DNA of 64,000 nucleotides, taken from contig OZ024764.1 of the NCBI GenBank assembly GCA_964016885.1, forward strand, positions 18,476,001-18,540,000, read 5' to 3'. Shown piece by piece: positions 40,540 to 54,800 of the stretch. Source of the DNA: Eledone cirrhosa (Eukaryota). The translations under genes were made by a program, and so were the position numbers. The notes beneath the pieces were generated by a model that was not told the DNA's origin, did not search any database, and saw only the letters and a list, made by a program, of their open reading frames with translations. Every line of letters starts with the position of its first letter. Positions within the stretch are counted from its first letter, which is position 1.

Positions 40540-43500
40540 TGTAGGTGTCACAACAAAAAGTACCCAGTCCACACTGTAAAGTGGTCATGTAGGTGTCATA
40601 ACAAAAAGTACCCAGTCCACACTGTAGAGTGGTCAGGTATGTGTCACAACAAAAAGTACCCAGTCCACACTGTAAAGTGGTCATGTAGGTGTCACAACAA
40701 AAAGTACCCAGTCCACACTGTAAAGTGGTCAGGTAGGTATCATGACAAAAAGTACCCAGTCCACACTGTAAAGTGGTCATGTAGGTATTATGACAAAAAG
40801 TACCCAGTCCACACTGTAAAGTGGTCATGTAGGTGTCACAACAAACAATACCCAGTCCACACTGTAAAGTGGTCATGTAGGTGTCACGACAAAAAGTACC
40901 CAGTCCACACTGTAAAGTGGTCATGTAGGTATCATGACAAAATGTACCCAGTCCACCCTGTAAATTGGTCATGTAGGTGTCACAACAAAAAGTACCCAGT
41001 CCACACTCTCAAGTGGTCATGTAGGTGTCACAACAAAAAGTACCCAGTCCACACTGTAAAGTGGTCATGCAGGTGTCATAACAAAAAGTACCCAGTCCAC
41101 ACTGTAAAGTGGTCATGTAGGTGTCAAAACAAAAAGTACCCAGTCCACACTGTAAAGTGGTCATGTAGGTGTCACAACAAAAAGTACCCAGTCCACACTG
41201 TAAAGTGGTCAGGTAGGTATCATGACAAAAGGTACCCAGTCCACACTGTAAAGTGGTCATGTAGGTATCATGACAAAAAGTACCCAGTCCACACTGTAAA
41301 GTGGTGATGTAGGTGTCACAACAAACAACACCCATTCCACACTGTAAAGTGGTCATGTAGGTGTCACGACAAAAAGTACCCAGTCCACCTCTGTAAAGTG
41401 GTCATGTAGGTTTCACAACAAAAAGTACCCAGTCCACACTGTAATGTGGTCATGTAGGTGTCACAACAAACAGCACCCAGTCCACACTGTAAAGTGGTCA
41501 TGTAGGTATCATGACAAAAAGTACCCAGTCCACCCTGTAAAGTGGTCATGTAGGTGTCACGACAAAAAGTACCCAGTACACACTGTAAAGTGGTCATGTA
41601 GGTGTCACAACAAAAAGTACCCAGTCTACCCTGTAAAGTGGTCATGTAGGTGTCACGACAAAAAGTATCCAGTCCACACTGTAAAGTGGTCGTGTAGGTG
41701 TCACAACAAGAAGTACCCAGTCCACACTGTAAAGTGGTCATGTAGGTGTCACAACACAAAGTACCCAGTCCACACTGTAAAGTGGTCATGTAGGTGTTAC
41801 AACAAACAGAACCCAGTCCACACTGTAAAGTGGTCATGTAGGTGTCACGACAAAAAGTACCCAGTCCACACTGTAAAGTGGTCATGTAGGTGTCACGACA
41901 AAATGTACCCAGTCCACACTGTAAAGTGGTCATGTAGGTGTCACAACAAACAGCACCCAGTCCACACTGTAAAGTGGTCATGTAGGTGTCACAACAAAGA
42001 GTACCCAGTCCACACTGTAAACTGGTCATGTAGGTGTCACAACAAAAAGTACCCAGTCCACACTGTAATGTGGTCATGTAGGTGTCACAAGAAAAAGTAC
42101 TCAGTCCACACTGTAAAGTGGTCATGTAGGTGTCATAACAAAAAGTACCCAGTCCACACTGTAAAGTGGTTATGTAGGTGTCATAACCAAAAGTACCCAG
42201 TCCACACTGTAAAGTGGTCATGTAGGTGTCACAACAAAAAGTACCCAGTCCACACTGTCAAGTGGTCATGTAGGTGTCACAACAAAATGTACCTAGTCCA
42301 CACTGTAAAGTGGTCATGTAGCTGTCACAACAAAAAGTATCCAGTCCACACTGTAATGTGGTCATGCAGGTTTCACAACAAAAAGTACCCAGTCCACACT
42401 GTAAAGTGGTCATGTAGGTGTCACAACAAAAAGTACCCAGTCCACACTGTAGAGTGGACATGTAGGTGTCATGACAAAAAGTACCCAGTCCACACTGTAA
42501 AGTGGTCATGTAGGTGTCACAACAAAAAGTACCCAGTCCACACTGTAAAGTGGTCATGTAGGTGTCACAACAAAAAGTACCCAGTCCACACTGTAAAGTG
42601 GTCATGTAGGTGTCACAACAAAAAGTACCCAGTCCACACTGTAAAGTGGTCATGTAGGTGTCACAACAAAATATACCCAGTCCACACTGTAAAGTGGTCA
42701 TGTAGGTGTCACAACAAAAAGTACCCAGTCCACACTGTAAAGTGGTCATGTAGGTGTCACAACAAAAAGTATCCAGTCCACAATGTAAAGTGGTCATGTA
42801 GGTGTCACAACAAAAAGTACCCAGTCCACACTGTAAAATGGTCATGTAGGTGTCATAACAAAAAGTACCCAGTCCACACTGTAAAGTGGTCAGGTAGGTG
42901 TCACAACAAAAAGTACCCAGTCCACACTGTAAAGTGGTCATGTAGGTGTCACAACAAAAAGTACCCAGTCCACACTGTAAAGTGGTCAGGTAGGTATCAT
43001 GACAAAAATACCCAGTCCACACTGTAAAGTGGTCATGTAGGTATCATGACAAAAAGTACCCAGTCCACACTGTAAAGTGGACATGTACGTGTCACAACAA
43101 AAAGTACCCAGTCCACACTGTAAAGTGGTCATGTAGGTGTCACAACAAAAAGTACCCAGTCCACACTGTAAAGTGGTCATGTAGGTGTCACAACAAAATA
43201 TACCCAGTCCACACTGTAAAGTGGTCATGTAGGTGTCACAACAAAAAGTACCCAGTCCACACTGTAAAGTGGTCATGTAGGTGTCACAACAAAAAGTATC
43301 CAGTCCACACTGTAAAGTGGTCATGTAGGTGTCACAACAAAAAGTACCCAGTCCACACTGTAAAGTGGTCATGTAGGTGTCATAACAAAAAGTACCCAGT
43401 CCACACTGTAAAGTGGTCAGGTAGGTGTCACAACAAAAAGTACCCAGTCCACACTGTAAAGTGGTCATGTAGGTGTCACAACAAAAAGTACCCAGTCCAC

Positions 43501-46346
43501 ACTGTAAAGTGGTCAGGTAGGTATCATGACAAAAAGTACCCAGTCTACACTGTAAAGTGGTCATGTAGGTATCATGACAAAAAGTACCCAGTCCACACTG
43601 TAAAGTGGTCATGTAGTTGTCACAACAAACAACACCCAGTCCACACTGTAAAGTGGTCATGTAGGTGTCACGACAAAAAGTACCCAGTCCACACTGTAAA
43701 GTGGTCATGTAGGTGTCACAACAAAATATACCCAGTTCACACTGTAAAGTGGTCATGTAGGTGTCACAACAAAAAGTACCCAGTCCACACTGTAAAGTGG
43801 TCATGTAGGTGTCATAACAAAAAGTACCCAGTCCACACTGTAGAGTGGTCAGGTAGGTGTCACAACAAAAGGTACCCAGTCCACACTGTAAAGTGGTCAT
43901 GTAGGTGTCACAACAAAAAGTACCCAGTCCACACTGTAAAGTGGTCAGGTAGGTATCATGACAAAAAGTACCCAGTCCACACTGTAAAGTGGTCATGTAG
44001 GTATTATGACAAAAAGTACCCAGTCCACACTGTAAAGTGGTCATGTAGGTGTCACAACAAACAACACCCAGTCCACACTGTAAAGTGGTCATGTAGGTGT
44101 CACGACAAAAAGTACCCAGTCCACACTGTAAAGTGGTCATGTAGGTATCATGACAAAATGTACCCAGTCCACCCTGTAAATTGGTCATGTAGGTGTCACA
44201 ACAAAAAGTACCCAGTCCACACTCTCAAGTGGTCATGTAGGTGTCACAACAAAAAGTACCCAGTCCACACTGTAAAGTGTTCATGCAGGTGTCATAACAA
44301 AAAGTACCCAGTCCACACTGTAAAGTGGTCAGGTAGGTGTCAAAACAAAAAGTACCCAGTCCACACTGTAAAGTGGTCATGTAGGTGTCACAACAAAAAG
44401 TACCCAGTCCACACTGTAAAGTGGTCAGGTAGGTATCATGACAAAAGGTACCCAGTCCACACTGTAAAGTGGTCATGTAGGTATCATGACAAAAAGTACC
44501 CAGTCCACACTGTAAAGTGGTCATGTAGGTGTCACAACAAACAACACCCATTCCACACTGTAAAGTGGTCATGTAGGTGTCACGACAAAAAGTACCCAGT
44601 CCACCTCTGTAAAGTGGTCATGTAGGTTTCACAACAAAAAGTACCCAGTCCACACTGTAATGTGGTCATGTAGGTGTCACAACAAAATATACCCAGTCCA
44701 CACTGTAAAGTGGTCATGTAGGTATCATGACAAAAAGTACCCAGTCCACCCTGTAAAGTGGTCATGTAGGTGTCACGACAAAAAGTACCCAGTACACACT
44801 GTAAAGTGGTCATGTAGGTGTCACAACAAAAAGTACCCAGTCTACCCTGTAAAGTGGTCATGTAGGTGTCACGACAAAAAGTATCCAGTCCACACTGTAA
44901 AGTGGTCGTGTAGGTGTCACAACAAGAAGTACCCAGTCCACACTGTAAAGTGGTCATGTAGGTGTCACAACACAAAGTACCCAGTCCACACTGTAAAGTG
45001 GTCATGTAGGTGTTACAACAAACAGAACCCAGTCCACACTGTAAAGTGGTCATGTAGGTGTCACGACAAAAAGTACCCAGTCCACACTGTAAAGTGGTCA
45101 TGTAGGTGTCACGACAAAATGTACCCAGTCCACACTGTAAAGTGGTCATGTAGGTGTCACAACAAACAGCACCCAGTCCACACTGTAAAGTGGTCATGTA
45201 GGTGTCACAACAAAGAGTACACAGTCCACACTGTAAACTGGTCATGTAGGTGTCACAACAAAAAGTACCCAGTCCACACTGTAATGTGGTCATGTAGGTG
45301 TCACAACAAAAAGTACTCAGTCCACACTGTAAAGTGGTCATGTAGGTGTCATAACAAAAAGTACCCAGTCCACACTGTAAAGTGGTTATGTAGGTGTCAT
45401 AACCAAAAGTACCCAGTCCACACTGTAAAGTGGTCATGTAGGTGTCACAACAAAAAGTACCCAGTCCACACTGTCAAGTGGTCATGTAGGTGTCACAACA
45501 AAATGTACCTAGTCCACACTGTAAAGTGGTCATGTAGCTGTCACAACAAAAAGTACCCAGTCCACACTGTAATGTGGTCATGCAGGTTTCACAACAAAAA
45601 GTACCCAGTCCACACTGTAAAGTGGTCATGTAGGTGTCACAACAAAAAGTACCCAGTCCACACTGTAGAGTGGACATGTAGGTGTCATGACAAAAAGTAC
45701 CCAGTCCACACTGTAAAGTGGTCATGTAGGTGTCACAACAAAAAGTACCCAGTCCACACTGTAAAGTGGTCATGTAGGTGTCACAACAAAAAGTACCCAG
45801 TCCACACTGTAAAGTGGTCATGTAGGTGTCACAACAAAAAGTACCCAGTCCACACTGTAAAGTGGTCATGTAGGTGTCACAACAAAATATACCCAGTCCA
45901 CACTGTAAAGTGGTCATGTAGGTGTCACAACAAAAAGTACCCAGTCCACACTGTAAAGTGGTCATGTAGGTGTCACAACAAAAAGTATCCAGTCCACAAT
46001 GTAAAGTGGTCATGTAGGTGTCACAACAAAAAGTACCCAGTCCACACTGTAAAATGGTCATGTAGGTGTCATAACAAAAAGTACCCAGTCCACACTGTAA
46101 AGTGGTCAGGTAGGTGTCACAACAAAAAGTACCCAGTCCACACTGTAAAGTGGTCATGTAGGTGTCACAACAAAAAGTACCCAGTCCACACTGTAAAGTG
46201 GTCAGGTAGGTATCATGACAAAAATACCCAGTCCACACTGTAAAGTGGTCATGTAGGTATCATGACAAAAAGTACCCAGTCCACACTGTAAAGTGGACAT
46301 GTAGGTGTCACAACAAAAAGTACCCAGTCCACACTGTAAAGTGGTC
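40540..46346. repeat. Block duplication ~40540-43130 repeated at ~43756-46346 (offset 3,216 bp = 67 monomers)
   Basis: ORF pairs 41009/44225, 41364/44580, 41444/44660, 42258/45474 and 42986/46202. Markers TGTAGAGTGG, TATTATGAC, CACCTCTG and GACAAAAATACCC. Confidence 0.9.
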
Positions 46347-49300
46347 ATGTAGGTGTCACAACAAAATATACCCAGTCCACACTGTAAAGTGGTCATGTAG
46401 GTGTCACAACAAAAAGTACCCAGTCCACACTGTAAAGTGGTCATGTAGATGTCACAACAAAAGGTATCCAGTCCACACTGTAAAGTGGTCATGTAGGTGT
46501 CACAACAAAAAGTACCCAGTCCACACTGTAAAGTGGTCATGTAGGTGTCATAACAAAAAGTACCCAGTCCACACTGTAAAGTGGTCAGGTAGGTGTCACA
46601 ACAAAAAGTACCCAGTCCACACTGTAAAGTGGTCATGTAGGTGTCACAACAAAAAGTACCCAGTCCACACTGTAAAGTGGTCAGGTAGGTATCATGACAA
46701 AAAGTACCCAGTCTACACTGTAAAGTGGTCATGTAGGTATCATGACAAAAAGTACCCAGTCCACACTGTAAAGTGGTCATGTAGGTGTCACAACAAACAA
46801 CACCCAGTCCACACTGTAAAGTGGTCATGTAGGTGTCACGACAAAAATTACCCAGTCCACACTGTAAAGTGGTCATGTAGGTATCATGACAAAATGTACC
46901 CAGTCCACCCTGTAAATTGGTCATGTAGGTGTCACAACAAAAAGTACCCAGTCCACACTCTCAAGTGGTCATGTAGGTGTCACAACAAAAAGTACCTAGT
47001 CCACACTGTAAAGTGGTCATGTAGCTGTCACAACAAAAAGTACCCAGTCCACACTGTAATGTGGTCATACAGGTTTCACAACAAAAAGTACCCAGTCCAC
47101 ACTGTAATGTGGTCATATAGGTGTCACAACAAAAAGTACACAGTCCACACTGTAAAGTGGTCATGTAGGTGTCACAACAAAAAGTACCCAGTCCACACTG
47201 TAAAGTGGACATGTAGGTGTCATGACAAAAAGTACCCAGTCCACACTGTAAAGTGGTCATGTAGGTGTGTACAACAAAAAGTACCCAATCCACACTGTAA
47301 AGTGGTCATGTAGGTGTCACAACAAAAAGTACCCAGACCACACTGTAAAGTGGTCATGTAGGTGTCACAACAAAAAGTACCCGGTCCACACTGTAAAGTG
47401 GTCATGTAGGTGTCACAACAAAAAGTACCCAGTCCACACTGTAAAGTGGTCATGTAGGTGTCACAACAAAAAGTACCCAGTCCACCCTGTAAAGTGGTCA
47501 TGTATGTGTCACAACAAAAAGTACCCAGTCCACACTGTAAAGTGGTCATGTATGTGTCACAACAAAAAGTACCCAGTCCACACTGTAAAGTGGTCATGTA
47601 GGTGTCACAACAAAAAGTACCCAGTCCACACTGTAAAGTGGTCAGGTAGGTATCATGACAAAAAGTACCCAGTCCACACTGTAAAGTGGTCATGTAGGTA
47701 TCATGACAAAAAGTACCCAGTCCACACTGTAAAGTGGTCATGTAGGTGTCACAACAAAAAGTACCCAGTCCACCCTGTAAAGTGGTCATATAGGTGTCAC
47801 AACAAAAAGTACCCAATCCACCCTGTAAAGTGGTCATGTATGTGTCACAACAAAAAGTACCCAGTCCACACTGTAAAGTGGTCAGGTAGGTATCATGACA
47901 AAAAGTACCCAGTCCACACTGTAAAGTGGTCATGTAGGTATTATGACAAAAAGTACCCAGTCCACACTGTAAAGTGATCATGTAGGTGTCACAACAAACA
48001 ACACCCAGTCCACACTGTAAAGTGGTCATGTAGGTGTCACGACAAAAAGTACCCAGTCCACACTGTGAAGTGGTCATGTAGGTATCATGACAAAATGTAC
48101 CCAGTCCACCCTGTAAATTGGTCATGTAGGTGTCACAACAAAAAGTACCCAGTCCACACTCTCAAGTGGTCATGTAGGTGTCACAACAAAAAGTACCCAG
48201 TCCACACTGTAAAGTGGTCATGCAGGTGTCATAACAAAAAGTACCCAGTCCACACTGTAAAGTGGTCAGGTAGGTGTCAAAACAAAAGGTACCCAGTCCA
48301 CACTGTAAAGTGGTCATGTAGGTGTCACAACAAAAAGTACCCAGTCCACACTGTAAAGTGGTCAGGTAGGTATCATGACAAAAGGTACCCAGTCCACACT
48401 GTAAAGTGGTCATGTAGGTATCATGACAAAAAGTACCCAGTCCACACTGTAAAGTGGTCATGTAGGTGTCACAACAAACAACACCCATTCCACACTGTAA
48501 AGTGGTCATGTAGGTGTCACGACAAAAAGTACCCAGTCCACCTCTGTAAAGTGGTCATGTAGGTTTCACAACAAAAAGTACCCAGTCCACACTGTAATGT
48601 GGTCATGTAGGTGTCACAACAAAATATACCCAGTCCACACTGTAAAGTGGTCATGTAGGTATCATGACAAAAAGTACCCAGTCCACCCTGTAAAGTGGTC
48701 ATGTAGGTGTCACGACAAAAAGTACCCAGTACACACTGTAAAGTGGTCATGTAGGTGTCACAACAAAAAGTACCCAGTCTACCCTGTAAAGTGGTCATGT
48801 AGGTGTCACGACAAAAAGTATCCAGTCCACACTGTAAAGTGGTCGTGTAGGTGTCACAACAAGAAGTACCCAGTCCACACTGTAAAGTGGTCATGTAGGT
48901 GTCACAACACAAAGTACCCAGTCCACACTGTAAAGTGGTCATGTAGGTGATACAACAAACAGAACCCAGTCCACACTGTAAAGTGGTCATGTAGGTGTCA
49001 CGACAAAAAGTACCCAGTCCACACTGTAAAGTGGTCATGTAGGTGTCACGACAAAATGTACCCAGTCCACACTGTAAAGTGGTCATGTAGGTGTCACAAC
49101 AAACAGCACCCAGTCCACACTGTAAAGTGGTCATGTAGGTGTCACAACAAAGAGTACCCAGTCCACACTGTAAACTGGTCATGTAGGTGTCACAACAAAA
49201 AGTACCCAGTCCACACTGTAATGTGGTCATGTAGGTGTCACAACAAAAAGTACTCAGTCCACACTGTAAAGTGGTCATGTAGGTGTCATAACAAAAAGTA

Positions 49301-51815
49301 CCCGTCCACACTGTAAAGTGGTTATGTAGGTGTCATAACCAAAAGTACCCAGTCCACACTGTAAAGTGGTCATGTAGGTGTCACAACAAAAAGTACCCAG
49401 TCCACACTGTCAAGTGGTCATGTAGGTGTCACAACAAAATGTACCTAGTCCACACTGTAAAGTGGTCATGTAGCTGTCACAACAAAAAGTACCCAGTCCA
49501 CACTGTAATGTGGTCATGCAGGTTTCACAACAAAAAGTACCCAGTCCACACTGTAAAGTGGTCATGTAGGTGTCACAACAAAAAGTACCCAGTCCACACT
49601 GTAGAGTGGACATGTAGGTGTCATGACAAAAAGTACCCAGTCCACACTGTAAAGTGGTCATGTAGGTGTCACAACAAAAAGTACCCAGTCCACACTGTAA
49701 AGTGGTCATGTAGGTGTCACAACAAAAAGTACCCAGTCCACACTGTAAAGTGGTCATGTAGGTGTCACAACAAAAAGTACCCAGTCCACACTGTAAAGTG
49801 GTCATGTAGGTGTCACAACAAAATATACCCAGTCCACACTGTAAAGTGGTCATGTAGGTGTCACAACAAAAAGTACCCAGTCCACACTGTAAAGTGGTCA
49901 TGTAGGTGTCACAACAAAAAGTATCCAGTCCACAATGTAAAGTGGTCATGTAGGTGTCACAACAAAAAGCACCCAGTCCACACTGTAAAATGGTCATGTA
50001 GGTGTCATAACAAAAAGTACCCAGTCCACACTGTAAAGTGGTCAGGTAGGTGTCACAACAAAAAGTACCCAGTCCACACTGTAAAGTGGTCATGTAGGTG
50101 TCACAACAAAAAGTACCCAGTCCACACTGTAAAGTGGTCAGGTAGGTATCATGACAAAAATACCCAGTCCACACTGTAAAGTGGTCATGTAGGTATCATG
50201 ACAAAAAGTACTCAGTCCACACTGTAAAGTGGACATGTAGGTGTCACAACAAAAAGTACCCAGTCCACACTGTAAAGTGGTCATGTAGGTGTCACAACAA
50301 AATATACCCAGTCCACACTGTAAAGTGGTCATGTAGGTGTCACAACAAAAAGTACCCAGTCCACACTGTAAAGTGGTCATGTAGATGTCACAACAAAAAG
50401 TATCCAGTCCACACTGTAAAGTGGTCATGTAGGTGTCACAACAAAAAGTACCCAGTCCACACTGTAAAGTGGTCATGTAGGTGTCATAACAAAAAGTACC
50501 CAGTCCACACTGTAAAGTGGTCAGGTAGGTGTCACAACAAAAAGTACCCAGTCCACACTGTAAAGTGGTCATGTAGGTGTCACAACAAAAAGTACCCAGT
50601 CCACACTGTAAAGTGGTCAGGTAGGTATCATGACAAAAAGTACCCAGTCTACACTGTAAAGTGGTCATGTAGGTATCATGACAAAAAGTACCCAGTCCAC
50701 ACTGTAAAGTGGTCATGTAGGTGTCACAACAAACAACACCCAGTCCACACTGTAAAGTGGTCATGTAGGTGTCACGACAAAAATTACCCAGTCCACACTG
50801 TAAAGTGGTCATGTAGGTATCATGACAAAATGTACCCAGTCCACCCTGTAAATTGGTCATGTAGGTGTCACAACAAAAAGTACCCAGTCCACACTCTCAA
50901 GTGGTCATGTAGGTGTCACAACAAAAAGTACCTAGTCCACACTGTAAAGTGGTCATGTAGCTGTCACAACAAAAAGTACCCAGTCCACACTGTAATGTGG
51001 TCATACAGGTTTCACAACAAAAAGTACCCAGTCCACACTGTAATGTGGTCATATAGGTGTCACAACAAAAAGTACACAGTCCACACTGTAAAGTGGTCAT
51101 GTAGGTGTCACAACAAAAAGTACCCAGTCCACACTGTAAAGTGGACATGTAGGTGTCATGACAAAAAGTACCCAGTCCACACTGTAAAGTGGTCATGTAG
51201 GTGTGTACAACAAAAAGTACCCAATCCACACTGTAAAGTGGTCATGTAGGTGTCACAACAAAAAGTACCCAGACCACACTGTAAAGTGGTCATGTAGGTG
51301 TCACAACAAAAAGTACCCGGTCCACACTGTAAAGTGGTCATGTAGGTGTCACAACAAAAAGTACCCAGTCCACACTGTAAAGTGGTCATGTAGGTGTCAC
51401 AACAAAAAGTACCCAGTCCACCCTGTAAAGTGGTCATGTATGTGTCACAACAAAAAGTACCCAGTCCACACTGTAAAGTGGTCATGTATGTGTCACAACA
51501 AAAAGTACCCAGTCCACACTGTAAAGTGGTCATGTAGGTGTCACAACAAAAAGTACCCAGTCCACACTGTAAAGTGGTCAGGTAGGTATCATGACAAAAA
51601 GTACCCAGTCCACACTGTAAAGTGGTCATGTAGGTATCATGACAAAAAGTACCCAGTCCACACTGTAAAGTGGTCATGTAGGTGTCACAACAAAAAGTAC
51701 CCAGTCCACCCTGTAAAGTGGTCATATAGGTGTCACAACAAAAAGTACCCAATCCACCCTGTAAAGTGGTCATGTATGTGTCACAACAAAAAGTACCCAG
51801 TCCACACTGTAAAGT
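43920..51815. repeat. Tandem duplication of a 3,936/3,937-bp (82-monomer) unit
   Basis: ORF pairs 44225/48162 and 44580/48517 (3937), then 45474/49410, 46202/50138, 46894/50830 and 47267/51203 (3936, after a 1-bp deletion CCCGTCC at about 49303). Confidence 0.92.
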
Positions 51816-54800
51816 GGTCATGTAGGTGTCACAACAAAAAGTACCCAGTCCACACTGTAATGTGGTCATGTAGGTGTCACAACAAAAAGTACTCAGTCCA
51901 CACTGTAAAGTGGTCATGTAGCTGTCATAACAAAAAGTACCCAGTCCACACTGTAAAGTGGTTATGTAGGTGTCATAACCAAAAGTACCCAGTCCACACT
52001 GTAAAGTGGTCATGTAGGTGTCAGAACAAAACGTACCCAGTCCACACTGTCAAGTGGTCATGTAGGTGTCACAACAAAAAGTACCTAGTCCACACTGTAA
52101 AGTGGTCATGTAGCTGTCACAACAAAAAGTACCCAGTCCACACTGTAATGTGGTCATGCAGGTTTCACAACAAAAAGTACCCAGTCCACACTGTAATGTG
52201 GTCATATAGGTGTCACAACAAAAAGTACCCAGTCCACACTGTAAAGTGGTCATGTAGGTGTCACAACAAAAAGTACCCAGTCCACACTGTAAAGTGGGCA
52301 TGTAGGTGTCATGACAAAAAGTACCCAGTCCACACTGTAAAGTGGTCATGTAGGTGTCACAACAAAAAGTGCCCAGTCCACACTGTAAAGTGGTCATGTA
52401 GGTGTCACAACAAAAAGTACCCAGTCCACACTGTAAAGTGGTCATGTAGGTGTCACAACAAAAAGTACCCAGTCCACACTGTAAAGTGGTCATGTAGGTG
52501 TCACAACAAAAAGTACCCAGTCCACACTGTAAAGTGGTCATGTAGGTGTCACAACAAAATATACCCAGTCCACACTGTAAAGTGGTCATGTAGGTGTCAC
52601 AACAAAAAGTACCCAGTACACTGTAAACTGGTCATGTAGGTGTCACAACAAAAAGTACCCAGTCCACACTGTAAAGTGGTCACGTAGGTGTCACAACAAA
52701 AAGTACCCAGTCCACACTGTAAAGTGGTCATGTAGGTGTCATAACAAAAAGTACCCAGTCCACACTGTAAAGTGGTCAGGTAGGTGTCACAACAAAAAGT
52801 ACCCAGTCCACACTGTAAAGTGGTCAGGTAGGTATCATGACAAAAGGTACCCAGTCCACACTGTAAAGTGGTCATGTAGGTATCATGACAAAAAGTACCC
52901 AGTCCACACTGTAAAGTGGTCATGTAGGTGTCACAACAAACAACACCCAGTCCACACTGTAAAGTGGTCACGTAGGTGTCACAACAAAAAGTACCCAGTC
53001 CACACTGTAAAGTGGTCATGTAGGTGTCATAACAAAAAGTACCCAGTCCACACTGTAAAGTGGTCAGGTAGGTGTCACAACAAACAGCACCCAGTCCACA
53101 CTGTAAAGTGGTCATGTAGGTATCATGACAAAAAGTACCCAGTCCACCCTGTAAAGTGGTCATGTAGGTGTCACGACAAAAAGTACCTAGTCCACACTGT
53201 AAAGTGGTCATGTAGGTGTCACAACAAAAAGTACCCAGTCTACCCTGTAAAGTGGTCATGTAGGTGTCACGACAAAAATTATCCAGTCCACACTGTAAAG
53301 TGGTCGTGTAGGTGTCACAACAAAAAGTACCCAGTCCACACTGTAAAGTGGTCATGTAGGTGTCACAACAAAAAGTACCCAGTTCACACTGCAAAGTGGT
53401 CATGTAGGTGTTACAACAAACAGAACCCAGTCCACACTGTAAAGTGGTCATGTAGGTGTCACGACAAAAAGTACCCAGTCCACACTGTAAAGTGGTCATG
53501 TAGATGTCACGACAAAAAGTACCCAGTCCACACTGTAAAGTGGTCATGTAGGTGTCACAACAAACAGCACCCAGTCCACACTGTAAAGTGGTCATGTAGG
53601 TGTCACAACAAAAAGTACCTAGTCCACACTGTAAAGTGGTCATGTAGGTGTCACAACAAAAAGTACCCAGTCCACACTGTAATGTGGTCATGTAGGTGTC
53701 ACAAGAAAAAGTACTCAGTCCACACTGTAAAGTGGTCATGTAGGTGTCATAACAAAAAGTGCCCAGTCCACACTGTAAAGTGGTTATGTAGGTGTCATAA
53801 CCAAAAGTACCCAGTCTACACTGTAAAGTGGTCATGTAGGTGTCACAACAAAAAGTACCCAGTCCACACTGTCAAGTGGTCATGTAGGTGTCACAACAAA
53901 AAGTACCTAGTCCACACTGTAAAGTGGTCATGTAGCTGTCACAACAAAAAGTACCCAGTCCACACTGTAATGTGGTCATGCAGGTTTCACAACAAAAAGT
54001 ACCCAGTCCACACTGTAATGTGGTCATATAGGTGTCACAACAAAAAGTACCCAGTCCACACTGTAAAGTGGACATGTAGGTGTCATGACAAAAAGTACCC
54101 AGTCCACATTGTAAAGTGGTCATGTAGGTGTCACAACAAAAAGTACCCAGTCCACACTGTAAAGTGGTCATGTAGGTGTCGCAACAAAAAGTACCCAGTC
54201 CACACTGTAAAGTCGTCATGTAGGTGTCACAACAAAATATACCCAGTCCACACTGTAAAGTGGTCATGTAGGTGTCACAACAAAAAGTACCCAGTCCACA
54301 CTGTAAAGTGGTCATGTAGGTGTCACAACAAAAAGTACCCAGTCCACCCTGTAAAGTGGTCATATAGGTGTCACAACAAAAAGTACCCAGTCCACCCTGT
54401 AAAGTGGTCATGTATGTGTCACAACAAAAAGTACCCAGTCCACACTGTAAAGTGGTCATGTATGTGTCACAACAAAAAGTACCCAGTCCACACTTTAAAG
54501 TGGTCATGTAGGTGTCACAACAAAAAGTACTCAGTCCACACTGTAATGTGGTCATATAGGTGTCACAACAAAAAGTACCCAGTACACACTGTAAAGTGGT
54601 CATGTAGGTGTCACAACAAAAAGTAACCAGTCCACACTGTAAAGTGGTCATGTAGGTGTCACAACAAAAAGTAACCAGTCCACACTGTAAAGTGGTCATG
54701 TAGGTGTCACAACAAAAAGTATCCAGTCCACACTGTAAAGTGGTCATGTAGGTGTCACAACAAAAAGTACCCAGTCCACACTGTAAAGTGGTCATGTAGG

